Shown one piece after another: positions 12,065 to 24,496 of a stretch of DNA of 64,000 nt. The notes under the pieces were generated by a model. That model ran no database searches. It had not been told where the DNA came from and saw only the letters and a program-made list of their open reading frames with translations. Where the stretch lies: assembly GCF_006345805.1 (NCBI RefSeq), contig NC_043008.1, positions 29,078,001 to 29,142,000 of the forward strand, given 5' to 3'. The translations under genes were made by a program, and so were the position numbers. How positions within the stretch are numbered: the first letter of the stretch is position 1; every line of letters starts with the position of its first letter. The stretch comes from Octopus sinensis (taxonomy: Eukaryota).

Positions 12065-12495
12065 TACTATTGGGAAGTGACTACGGATTTACCATGGTGC
12101 CAGGGAAAGTTTCCGATCCCAGTTACGCAAGAACCAGACATTTTAATGTGGTTTGAAGGAAAGAAAGTTGTGAATCAAGTCGAGTTAACGGTTCCTCATG
12201 AATATAACATGGATGCCGCTCGGGCTCAAAAGATTGACCGTTATGTAAACCTTTCGAGGAATGTTAAGTCGCAGGCTGGAAAGCGGAACATTTTCCAAAC
12301 GAAATCGGATGTAGAGTGTTTCTTGGACACGGTATTAGACGAATGTTGTTATTGTTAGGTCTAACTCGTTGTAAAGTAAATACCACCATGAGCGATAACG
12401 AAACAACTGGCGAAATTGTTAGCCACTGGATTTGGTTAAACAGAGGCGATGAGCGATGGCTTAAAGAATATTTAGCTTTATTTAATAAAAAAATC
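12065..12495 (+). mobile_element. 3' end of an RLE-class non-LTR retrotransposon (HERO/NeSL-like)
   Basis: PDILMWFEGKKVVNQVELTVPHE (PD-(D/E)xK-type nuclease region), then frameshifted FPNEIGCRVF...HWIWLNR, resembling EVGCRGF...WLWLRR. Confidence 0.7.
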
Positions 12496-13059
12496 ATCTA
12501 GCAAGCTGGGCATCATATCAATAAGGGGGTGGGGCGACGCGCATTGATGCTGTAGAGAGGTAGGCCCCGATCTTGCGTGCATTCTCTCCTGGTAAACACA
12601 TACACTTGCTGGCTTTCGGTATGCGGAGATTTTGACTGGTAGCACTTGCATGTGCAAGTTGTTTACAATACATCTAAATACATTTTTCTTGATATATGTC
12701 AAATTACTTTTTTCTTTACATTTTGGGAAGTTTATTCCATGTGTTTATTAGAAATTCTCTAAAAAGTTTAAATCAAATTAAATGTTATTTAACTATTTGC
12801 CAAAATTTCAGTGCTATGTGAAATTACTTATCTTTCAAGAATGTTTGTATGCAATAAAGATATAAAAAAATAATAAATCGCCACTGCTGTGTTGGCCATC
12901 CTCTTATTAGAATATGGTGAAGCAGCAGATTTTCAGCAATGATTAGTGTTTCTTCTAATTTCAAAACTTATCATGGTCATTTATCAATTTACCACTTATT
13001 GGTTGATATATAAACAAATAACCACCTATTGTACCTTGGTTCTGAAAGGAAAAGAGAAA

Positions 13060-13790
13060 TACAAAAGATTGCCGAAACTATGCATAGTCCAGGAAAGATA
13101 GGGTAAACGTTTTTATTTCTCTTTCCCTTTCAGAATTACAACTATTAGTGGTTTGGAGTTTAACTGCTCTTTCTAGTGAGTCAGATGTCCTATTATGGTT
13201 GTCTTTTATGTGTTTAAATGTATATTATATAGTCTATTGACTATATTTTCCTTCTTGCTAGACCACTGTTAGCGGAGAATTTTTCTAGAATATTTCTAAA
13301 ATTTTTTTGCTACCCTGAGATTTATTAATTAATGATAAAAGGAATTTTTGGCTAACTTTGAAAGAAAATCGGCAGTTATATTTACTGCTGAAAAACCGCG
13401 CGTGTGTGGTGGATTTTGAAAAGTTATAGCATATAGACTAGTGGCATGGTCCTTGTCGCCTCGTGCCTATATGTTAGCCTTGGCTTCCGCTGAAGATGAC
13501 AACGCCAATTGTAAAGTAAAATAATTTTATTTTATTTACAAAAGATTGCCGAAACTATGCATAGTCCAGGAAAGATAGGGTAAACGTTTTTATTTCTCAT
13601 TTCCTTTCAGAATTACAACTATTAGTGGTTTGGAGTTTAACTGCTCTTTCTAGTGAGTCAGATGTCCTATTATGGTCGTCTCATATGTGTTTAAATGTAT
13701 ACTATATAGTCTATTGACTATTTTTTTCCTTCTCGCTAGACCATTGGTAGAGGAGAATTTTTAATAAATTTTTTTGCTACCATACGATTT
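13060..13790 (+). mobile_element. partial-tandem non-coding element (477-bp period) carrying a hammerhead
   Basis: 13060-about 13310 is repeated at 13537-about 13785; ends at (TA)n. Confidence 0.8.
13485..13572 (+). ncRNA. type I hammerhead-ribozyme-like motif with canonical core
   Basis: Stem I TTCCG/C(A)GGAA; CTGAAGA; stem II GACAA/TTGCC extended by TTGTAAA/TTTACAA and TAAAATAA/TTATTTTA; GAAA; palindromic stem III ACTATGCATAGT; GUC triplet (C at 13566). Confidence 0.75.
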
Positions 13791-13791
13791 C

Positions 13792-13870
<79 letters not shown>

Positions 13871-13944
13871 GTGTGTGTGTGTGTGTGTATGTATGTATCT
13901 GTGTATATATGTATGTATGTATCTGTGTGTGTGTATGTTTGTGT

Positions 13945-14125
13945 GTATGTGTTTGACCCCCAACATCGCCTCATAAACCGATACTGGTGTGTTTACGTAC
14001 CCGTAACTTTGCGATAGAATAGGTACTAAACTTACAAAGAATAAGTCCTGGGGTAGATCTGCTCGACTAAATGCGGTGCTCAAGCATGGCCGCAGTCAAA
14101 TGACTGAAGCAAGTAAAAGAAAAAT
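13945..14125 (+). mobile_element. 3' half of octopus-type tRNA SINE
   Basis: GTGTTTACGTACCCGTAAC...GAATAAGTCCTGGGG...CATGGCCGCAGTCAAATGACTGAAG. Confidence 0.8.
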
Positions 14126-14294
14126 GATTCCCAGGATTTTCTTTAATGTAAAGGATTTATTGTAGAATATTTTAATTTTGACTAGTTATGTAAATTTCAT
14201 ACACAAAGTGTGTACATCTGACGTGACATGTATATAAATTCTTGACAAAAACACAGTTCAATTTTTATGTTGATGAACTTTCTTTTATCATATA

Positions 14295-14626
14295 TTCGTT
14301 TCTATCATTTGACTATGACCATGCTGTGGCAACACCTGAAATTTTAGTAAAATGTATCGATCCTTGAACTTATTTTTAAGGCTTGATGCTCCTTCTCTCG
14401 ATTACTTTTGACGACACACTAAGTTACTGGGACGTAAACATACCAATGCCGGTTGTCAAGCGGTGATGGGGAGAGGCGCAATCACACACACACACATATA
14501 TATATGTATATTTATGTATGTATATATATTCATACATACATATATGCACATAGATATATGTATATATATATTTATATTTATATATATACGTATATGTATA
14601 TATATATATGTATGTATATATATATA

Positions 14627-14677
<51 letters not shown>

Positions 14678-15088
14678 TAAACAGGGTGATTGAAAAGTAA
14701 CTCTCTATTTTAAGATACTTATAATTATTTCTTAACAAGATTTGCTGTGTATCTTCTTTAATGTATGGGAATTAATTCTATATTGTTTTTTCAGATCATT
14801 TATTTTGTTTGAAATTTAGATGCCCTACAAACATGATCTGATCTTTTTAAGAATATCCTCTGAAGTGATGAAGAGGTATTCCACACCGGTAGGTCTCTGA
14901 ACTGTCACAACAGCCACTACTGGGTAGGAAAAGATAGTTTTATTACATCTGAATAAACGCAGAATCGGCACAAAGCAACGGTATGGTGTGGAATGACTTC
15001 GGGTAGGATTGTAGGTCCTTCCAATCTTTGCAATACCATCAATACTGAAAGGTACCTCACCATGCTGCAAGATGAAATCTGACCAGTA

Positions 15089-15128
<40 letters not shown>

Positions 15129-15310
15129 ATATATATATGACAGACTTTTTCTGATTCGCGCTACCATTTTCACTCAATCCACTCGCAATGTTATAGCCAG
15201 CCTGAAGCTATAATAGTAGACACCAAACCATGTAGCCACGCAGTGGGACGAAACCTGGAACCATTTGGTTGACTAGCAAGCTTTCTAACTTACAGACACC
15301 CCTGCGTTTA
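14295..15310 (-). mobile_element. octopus-type tRNA SINE interrupted in its internal (TA)n by a transposon relic
   Basis: Tail at 14295-14480 and head at 15135-15310 on the minus strand, matching the 5881 copy. Confidence 0.65.
14682..15087 (+). mobile_element. internally deleted Tc1/mariner relic (DD41D-like)
   Basis: Starts CAGGGTGA; KNIL*SDEE.FH...ATVWCGMTS..IVGP...INTERYLTMLQD. Confidence 0.7.
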
Positions 15311-16134
15311 TATTCTTTCAAGAATGGTCGTTTTTATCTGATGTACTTAAGTACACACAGAAACTGAATTTTGTAAATCCTTGTAATTTGTCCTTCTACA
15401 TACATAATACTAATTTCATATCAATATCTCTTACTAAACATAAGGCTTCGTTTATTGTTTCATACAAATTTAAATTTACATTCTACATTTATACATTTCA
15501 TATTGATATCGTAGTGACAAGTTTTATCAAATTCCCGAAATAGTGAACAAATAAATATTTGTCAAGAATCATTGTAAGTTTATGCCTAAAGTGAATTATC
15601 GCCAGCCAATTTAGTATTTGTAGGATTTCAAATTCAATATTAATAATTGTATAGGAAAATTGACGAAATAGAATTTGAAGCAAAAGTTTCCTAACTAAAA
15701 ACAAAATGCGATGATAATGATTTTCATATCTGTAAATTAATGTGAATTTCCCCAAAAATGTTATCTACAGATTTTCATTTCGTATGTTATTCTTTGAGGC
15801 AAGAAAAAAGACTCTGACGCCAAAAGAAAGATGGTACTACGGTTTGTATTCTTGATATATAGCGCTTCTGCTTACATAGTAGTATATTTCTGAAAATAGA
15901 GTCTTTCATTACGGATATAATCGTGGATAGGTGTGTTTTTTTATTGGGAGGCGAATATCCCTAATCCTATTGTCACATTTGCTGTAGGATTGCAGCTATA
16001 TTTACAATTTTAACTTTGTTTTAAACATTAATGTAAGAATATTATATTTCATCGTATATATGGTTATGCAAAAATAAAATGAATAGGAGTCACGAATAAA
16101 TTAAATCGATTGTTCCATTACAAAATATGATATC

Positions 16135-16700
16135 TAAATGGTTGGTGTGGTAAAGACTTTCCATTCACAAAAACATGAAGCATGGTTCCGATCCACTCCC
16201 TATAGCTTTGAACATAGTCTGCATCGTATTAAAAATTGGAATCGAAATACCTACGCAGAAACTCTTTATTTCGTCCTGTATATTTGCACGTGAGCTTACG
16301 TTCATATAAAAGTTGACTGTGATACATGGACACACACACATACACACACATTATGTATATATATGTGCACATACATATGTGTATAAAACTGACATCCTGT
16401 CGGTTACGACAACGCGGGTTCCAGTTGATCCAATCAACGGAACAGCCTGCTCGTGAAGTTAACGTGCAAGTGACTGAGCACCCTACAGGCACATGTGCTT
16501 TTAACGTAGTGCTCGGGAAGATTCAACGTTACACACAATGTGACAAAGCTGGCACTGTGAAATACAGGTACTACTCGTTTTTTGCTAACCGTTTGGGCTG
16601 GAGTAACTTAAAATAAGATTACTTTCCCAGGAACTCAATGCGTTACCGGTAAGTGAACTCCTGACCTTACACTCGTGAGCCGAATACACTACTCAGTAAT
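16135..16700 (+). mobile_element. octopus-type interspersed repeat (SINE-like)
   Basis: GGGTTCCAGTTGATCCAATCAACGGAACAGCCTGCTCGTGAAGTTAACGTGCAAG... recognised from memory as a common octopus repeat; not verified. Confidence 0.55.
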
Positions 16701-18085
16701 CTATACACTTTCACATATGCATATACACCTATAATTATACCTATTTATACACATATATACTTAGATACAATCATACATTCATACATTTGTACATACACAC
16801 ATGCATACATGCATACATACCTACATGCATACATACATACATACATACATACATACATACATACATACAAACATACATACATACGTACATACACACACAT
16901 ATTTGCTCTATTTTGAGTTCTCGAAAACATTGGTATTGTAGGCTTACAGAATCCAATAAATTAGTGAATGGTATTGGGATGATAGTAACAAAATACATTA
17001 TCTATAGCAGACTACAGTATCAGATAAATATAATTAAAAAGTTTACAACTTCTGATTCTTTATTTCTATTTTCTGATCATAAATTCATTTTATATTCCTG
17101 TGTAGCTTCATTTAGATAAACCACTGTATATTTTCTTTTTGATTTTGTAAAGAATTAAGCATTTCTTATAATTTCGCGATATATTTGGAAATAAAATTGT
17201 TTTATACACTTCACAATTTAACATCCAACTTGATCTCATTATATACTCCAGGAACGAGGATGAACAATTGACATAATCAATGCAATATGAATTTCTTCTA
17301 ATTTCCAGTTGAACAATTTCACAAATCTTCATGTCGATTTCATCGTTCTGGAAGATAAAACAAGCAAATTATTGTTCTCTCTGTTTTTTCTCTTCTTTCC
17401 TCTTTTTTTTTTCATAAACATTTAACATATGGAATAAAGGGGGAAATGACAATTGAAGGTGATCGATTAAATCCAAGGAACGGAAGTTATTTTTTTATTC
17501 TCTAACAAATTTTTTGCTTGTTATGCAATTTTACAAAACTATTAAGCTCACAACAGACTTGTTTAAATATTTCCAAACTAATTACCAATTTTCATTAGCA
17601 TTTGCCAATTTTATATGCTTACAGGATAATGCACATTTCCGCCGCTCTTTGTTCTCAATTTTATCAAAGGAACACAAAGACAATGCAGAATATTAAAGTA
17701 TTAAATTTCGATTACAAATAATATAAAATCAGCTGAATGGACAGTTTTCTATAGAAATGGTAAGGAAAATGGAAAAAAATTGCAATGTTTCATTCATGAA
17801 AAATATTACAATTGGGAAATCAAAGACGACATCAGATGATCGTTTAACATAACAATTCAATATTGTAAATATTTCAAAGAAAATCCGCAAGTTCTGTGCT
17901 ATCTGTTGCAATCAAGTCGCATTTCGCTGCATTTCAGCCATAAGATAGCAGCGAGAAGAATTAAATATGCCTTTCCTTCAACTTCAACTCTATCTATACA
18001 GACAGGTAGATTTGATTTTATTACTCTGGGCTTAACAGACATTTCTGAGAAAGCAATTACTATTTATCAAAATAAATACAATTGG

Positions 18086-18139
<54 letters not shown>

Positions 18140-18805
18140 ATCTACTAACTCATTTCATTTACAAGCCTAGATTATAGTTTATATAACTACAACGTTCTTC
18201 CGAATATATAGTTAAGTGTTCTGCAACCGTTTATTGGCTTATTTTCATTTTTACTATTTCATAACTTAAATATATATTTATATTAACTCCCACGTTATCT
18301 TGGCTCATATTTTCTTTAACATTTTCTTAAAGTGAACATTACTCGTGACTTAATCTATGACCATTTTTTCTTTTTATACTAAATTTTATTTCAGTTTTTT
18401 AAAATAATTACTATCTTATGTCATTCGATTCCCTCGTTTTATTTCAAACGTGATACCCTCGAGACACCTCTATATATAACCAACTCATTCAAACACAGTA
18501 TTACCATCTGCCCGCTTGTTGAAGCAATATTAAATATATAAACATTTCATGAGATTTGGCCAAAAATATTTTAAGTTACATAGCGAAATATTTATCGAAA
18601 TAGTTTAAAAGTATTGCATTGTATGTTTTCTAGAATATTCAAAATTATTATTTCCAGAGAGTTTCTTTTAAAAAAAGATGCCAATATCCCATGAATCCGT
18701 TTTCTCGATATAGAAACGCTGGCCGTACTATATCCATATACTATGTTTGTATACATGTATGTAAACATGTAAGCATGTTTGTGCGCACGTTTCTCTCCAT
18801 ATATA

Positions 18806-18887
<82 letters not shown>

Positions 18888-20157
18888 CAGGGGCAGGCAA
18901 AATAATCTGACACATTTGTAGGTTAAATAAAAGTCATTGTTTTTCGTTTCTTTTTCAGTTGCTGCCATGAATTGGACTGGTGAGCATCGCGCTTTTATTG
19001 TGGAAACGTTTATCAAAACAAACGATTCCGTAACTGCAACACAAAGAGCGTTCCGTTTGCACTTCAATCTTGGTAGACATGATCCCGTACCAGCTCGAAA
19101 CACGATCCTGTTATGGGTTACCAACTTCAGAGCTACTGGATCTGCATTGAAACGAAAATCAACCGGCCGACCTCGCACCGCCAGAACTCCAGAAAATATT
19201 ACAGCGGTAAGAACTTCAGTTCAACAGTCTCCACGCCGTTCCACACTTAAACGCGCCCAGGCTCTTAGACTTTCCGAAAGAAGTTTGCGAAGAATTCTTC
19301 ACAATGATCTTCAAATGCATCCATCAAAATGATGTTGGCACAAGAACTCAGCGAAAGAGACACTGAAACTCGCAGAGCATTGTGTTTGGATATTCAATAA
19401 CATGTCCCCCATGCAGCAGTTGTGTTATTCAGTGACGAGGCACATTTTCACCTGTGTGGCACAGTGAATAAGCAACACTTCAGATTATGGGCCGAGGACA
19501 ACCCTCGTGAGTTGCATGAACGCCCTTTGCATTGTCCTCGGGTGACTGTATGGTGTGCTGTGGCAGAATTCGGTATATGGGGTCCGTACTTCTTCAAAGA
19601 AGACAACGTTACAGTGACTGTGAACTCTGATCGATATTGTGAGATGCTAGAGACTTTTCTCATACCAAAATTGAATATGCTCCACGATATGGACAATGTT
19701 TGGTTTCAACAGGATGGGGCAACAGCCCACACTTCTCGACGTGCGATGGGGATTTTGAGGAATATGTTCCCTGGTCATTTGATCTCATTGCGTGGTGACA
19801 TCGGTTGGCCCGCCCGTTCACCTGATTTAAATCCGTGCGATTCTTTTCTCTGGGGATACCTCCAGTCAAAGGTATACATTAATCGCCCTCGATCTATTGA
19901 ACAACTTAAAGATGCAATTCGTCAAGAAATTACTGCCATTCCACATGAAATGACCCGCCGTGTTATTGACAACTTTCGTGAACGCTTTCGACAATGTGTG
20001 GACAATAATGGATCCCATTTGACTGATTTAATTTTTAAAACATAATGAAACAAAATGGCATTATATGTACTTTTCAAAAATAAAAACCTTTTTTTGTTTC
20101 TTTACTTCATTTGCCTTATATTTAACCTACAAATGTGTCAGATCATTTTGCCTGACC

Positions 20158-20160
<3 letters not shown>
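18888..20160 (+). mobile_element. near-intact 1273-bp DD41D (rosa/Visitor-type) Tc1/mariner transposon
   Basis: 42-bp TIRs with 2 mismatches, TA flanks within (TA)n; catalytic FSDEAHF, QQDGATAH, SPDLNPCD with 41 residues between the second and third D. Confidence 0.95.
18967..20045 (+). pseudogene. DD41D transposase with one frameshift and one premature stop
   Basis: MNWTGEHRAF... frame shifts near 19325 (HP-S-K where HPYK is expected); TAA at 19398-19400; open from there to 20045. Confidence 0.9.
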
Positions 20161-20225
<65 letters not shown>

Positions 20226-20340
20226 GTATATATGTATATGTATATATGTGCATGTGAATGTATGTATATATATATATATATATTATATATATATATATGT
20301 ATATCTGTATATATGTATATGTATATATGTGCATGTGATG

Positions 20341-20371
<31 letters not shown>

Positions 20372-20553
20372 GATATAAAATCCGTTCTGTTTGTCTGTGT
20401 GTGCCTTCTGGGATCTCGGACATCCTCCATCCGATGGCGCTCAAATTTGATATGTAGATACCGATGGTATCAGGGCGTGTAAAAGTCTTGAAAAAATTAC
20501 AAAAATCGATTTCAGGTGAGGATTCAATTGATAAAGCCGTGGGGCGCAAGTAC
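20372..20553 (+). mobile_element. short non-autonomous Helitron/DINE-1-like element
   Basis: ATATAAAATCCGTTCTGTTTGTCTGT...CCGATGGCGCTCAAATTTGATATG and 3' AAAGCCGTGGGGCGCAAGTAC resemble the Lep1/DINE-type layout, from memory. Confidence 0.45.
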
Positions 20554-22491
20554 ATCAGCTGTTGCGAGGTACTTACTGGTACTTTAAACTCTTCGGTTGC
20601 ATATTTATGTGTATAAAATCGTTTTTCTCTGGAATACAAAAAAATCTATCTTTATTTGTTCTGTCGCTGGTGACTCAAGTTTAGGTTAAATCAGTGTTTC
20701 TCAAAGGGGAAACCAATGGGACGGTCAGACAAGTTGCTTTGAGAAAATTTGGTTTAAATGTTTGACAACTCAGCACCGTCCACTGGACGGGGGGTGTGCT
20801 CGTATATATATTAGTGTATATGTATGTGTGTGTGTGTGTGTGTGTATGTGTGTGTGGTCTGGATGGTGACGAGCGAACTGACAATCGCACTAAGCCTGCA
20901 TGGTAAGGAGGCCAGTATGCATTGGGAAACTTGCAGGTTGAAAAACGTGTCAAAATACCGATGAACTCAGTAGAATCAACAGCGTACAAACAGCTGGGTG
21001 AGAACTGTCTATAATATTTCATAAGATATCTCTCTCGAAGAAATTTCTCATGTTACACCTACAACTTTATGTGCATCCGATGATGTAGGCACGTTCTTCT
21101 TTCTGGCGAAATGCCAACGTTATTTAGAGAGTGTTTTAACATATGCAAGGCCATTTCTCATTTTAAAATCCTTCAGCGACAGGTTTTCTTGATTGTAAAA
21201 AATTCTATTAATATCACTCTCATGTGTTGCATAATTTGTCTGCCCTTAGCCGAAAAATGCAAGTATGTTTTATGTATGCGAGTGAGGTGGGTGCATTTGT
21301 CAGTGTAATTTAAATGCTATAAAGGTTGATTGTGAGATAAGTATTTTGAATATGATAAACGGTGTTTATGGTTTTGATTCCAAGAGAATGAGTGGAGAGC
21401 CTGGGAGAACGTTGTAGTGTTTGTTGTACATACCTCACAGAAGAATCAACCATTTTCATTCACAACTTCCCAACACCGAACATAGATTACGATACTGTAT
21501 GTATTCATGTATGAATGCCTAGATGTATATATGACCAGGTCCTTGATGACTAAACTGAGAACCATAACACGCTTGCTAAGTAAGAAGGGTAGTATTCATT
21601 GGCAAACCAGGAGTATATTACATTTTAGATTCTGTAGAACCGCCAACAAAGCCTTAAATAAACCATCAGGAGACATTTCCTCCATTTTACTGCCCGTTGA
21701 CTGAATTCAGATGATTCCAAGTATTTCCTTCTTATTAAAGTTTTCTAGGAACTTGTTTTTTCGTCAACCTTTCCATAATAAAATTTTGCGTGTGTGCACG
21801 TGCTTGTGTGTAAATGTATACGTATAAGGAACGCAGTTTATCTTGACATCAAGCATTAGATAAAAGGGTATGCCGTTTATTACATAAATGAATCAACCGT
21901 ATACGGATATTCAATGAGTTAATGCAACGACGTTATTGAAAACATAATCAATTCTGTTTAGAGGGACCAACAATACTTTCATCTGAGCATCCTGTGGTCC
22001 AGTCATATCACTCTTTGAATTATGTTTTCAAAATGGTCACAAATCGGAACAAAATCATGTGTAGCTTATATGCTTACCGCTCAGACAGCAGAAACGGGAT
22101 GTTTCTCTCCCTACTTTCAATTGTATGTCTGTCAATATCACACCTAAAAAAATAACATTTCTGATGAATATACCAGCGCGGAACTGATGCTTGTATTATT
22201 CTTAACAAATAACTGATACTGTTTCTAAAGAAAATACATTAGAACAAAATCAGGTCAATGTTGTAATCTAATGTGTTGCAGGAGAAACAGAATCAGACAA
22301 GTTATATGTCTGCAAAAAAACAGCTGGCTAGGAAGGTGAAGAAAACACTATTTACATACAGTCCTACACACGCACATATACATACGTGCATATATATGTT
22401 TATATATACAAGTTAAGCAAACTTATAAAATACTGTTATTATTGTTTACAGAATCGTAAAATTGCATGCATATATATTTATATATATACAT

Positions 22492-22571
<80 letters not shown>

Positions 22572-23725
22572 ATATATGTATTTATACTTTATCATAAATG
22601 TGTATACGTTAATATATATATGCATGTGCATATATATGTATATGCATGCATATATATTAGAGAAAATGTATATGACAGAAATAATTAAAAATAGATATAT
22701 ACAAAAATAACATTTTATATTTTAGCAACTTGAGATATATTCACATTAAACTGATATTATAGTGTTACGTTTCGAGAAAATTTCATTAAGTTATATGACT
22801 TGAAATTCATACAAATGTTCCTAAGGTACACCACATTATGTTCTGACGCCTATCAATAACTAAGATACAAAAGGAGTATTATAGAGACTGCAGGATGTCT
22901 TTGATTTATCTATCACTATTGCATCGGTAGATAATGTGTATTTTCTTATACTGTCAGTATAAGTCTTGTTGGTCAGATCTTATGTTTATACAAGTACATT
23001 TTTTATTGATTTGCTCCGGTGTAAGTTGCTATAGGCATCGTTTTTGCGGGCCCTGCGAAATTGTGACATCGAATTGGCAAATATGACTATGAAAACTTGC
23101 AATTACACCCCTGTTACTGCTGGAAAGCATGGAACCATGGAATCTACTATACTATGTAAATATCTAGCTATAATTGTATATATATGAATATGTGAATATA
23201 TGTAGGGGAACATTCATATGATGACATATATAGAGAAGTGTGTATATATATAAAGTGTGTGTTTGTGTGTGTTAGTGTGTATGTGTGTATGAATGTGTGT
23301 GTGCGTCCATGTGAATATATACTTATTTGTATATGTACATCTTCGTGTTGTACTAGCATAGCAACTGCTTAATCTGATACCTTGAGTTGAATCTAAAGCG
23401 AGTGTAGAGAGGAAAATATGAGATGGTTATTCAAAAAACAAAGGCAGTGAAATTAAGCAGCGATATTTAATATACTGTCCAAATTTTTACAGGTGAAAAT
23501 CTTGACTGTTTTGCTAGCGGCAACTTGTGCTGCATCTCAATCCCAATGACAATAAAACACTCGCAGGTTTTAGAGACGAAAATTTAACATCATTCTAGAA
23601 ACATATAATTTTGTGACCTGAATGCTTCTTGTGTTTCTGAATGGTTAACTCGTGTTTTCCAAGTTTCCATCACTATACACACACACACACATAGACACAC
23701 ACACACGCACACACACACACACACA

Positions 23726-23783
<58 letters not shown>

Positions 23784-23849
23784 GCACGTATATATGTATA
23801 TATATATATGTCAAATGAAATAAAATGAAAAACAGGACAGAAAGGATGT

Positions 23850-23944
23850 TGCGGTACATATGTTTCGAGCTTTATAGAACAACTTATTCTTAAATCAATG
23901 TATGATCGACGTAACAGATAATTCAAAAGCTCTCTTCAAGCGCA
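23850..23944 (-). ncRNA. hammerhead-like motif, left arm (C3U and stem I mismatch)
   Basis: TGCGC-TTGAAGA-GAGCTTT/AAAGCTC-GAAA-palindromic ACATATGT-A-CCGCA. Confidence 0.65.
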
Positions 23945-24153
23945 TGCAATTGCTACACCAAAGACTTCTATCACATTATGACAGGTTTGAGAAAAAACCA
24001 TTTGGTATTGTTTATATTGGTAGGTAAACCTAGTATCACTGAGAAAGTATATTTGTAAATCTTCATAATCAAATTGGTGTACATGGTATTATTAGACTCC
24101 AAAAAATCGTCTATACCGTTTTCTCACTCAATATAGAGTGAATAGCAATTGCA

Positions 24154-24248
24154 TGCGGCTGAAGAGGGCTTTTGAACTATCTGTTATGTCGATTATGCAT
24201 CGATGTAAGAATAAGTTGTTCTATAAAGCTCGAAACGTATGTACCGCA
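24154..24248 (+). ncRNA. type I hammerhead ribozyme, all core positions canonical
   Basis: Stem I TGCGG/CCGCA; CTGAAGA; stem II GGGCTTT/AAAGCTC; GAAA; stem III AC-GTAT-GT; GUA triplet (A at 24243). Confidence 0.85.
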
Positions 24249-24374
24249 ACATCCTTTGTGTCCTGTCTTTCATTTTATTTCATTTGATACATATATCCTC
24301 TCACCTATGCTATTAGCTAACATATACACGTGCTTACATATACACGTGCTTACAAGTATTAACCCTGTATTTAT

Positions 24375-24411
<37 letters not shown>

Positions 24412-24444
24412 GTATTTATATTTATATATGTAGAAGAAATCCCC

Positions 24445-24496
24445 GAGTGCTCCATTTCTGATCCGGCTCTAAACCCGGACGAGAAATGGAACACTC
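24445..24496. other. 22-bp-stem hairpin
   Basis: GAGTGCTCCATTTCTGATCCGG / CCGGACGAGAAATGGAACACTC, 19 of 22 positions paired, 8-nt loop. Confidence 0.8.

Larger units (their letters stand above)
23806..24296. mobile_element. foldback element with about 150-bp inverted arms, each containing a hammerhead
   Basis: 23806-23955 is the reverse complement of 24143-24296 with scattered substitutions; 187-bp non-coding spacer; TA-rich flanks. Confidence 0.9.

Noticed and set aside
13134-13652. Duplicated 42-nt micro-exon (13134-13175 and 13611-13652) with polypyrimidine-AG and GTGAGT
   Set aside because: Lies inside the hammerhead-bearing repeat, so it is better explained as part of a mobile element; worth a glance in RNA-seq for exonisation
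17108-17347. Minus-strand 80-codon frame after a strong acceptor (TTGTTTTATCTTCCAG)
   Set aside because: No recognisable homology, no partner exon or good donor; needs RNA-seq or BLASTX
23034-23170. Short plus-strand open frame after TTGCTATAG (ASFLRALRNCDIELAN...)
   Set aside because: No homology recognised and weak splice signals
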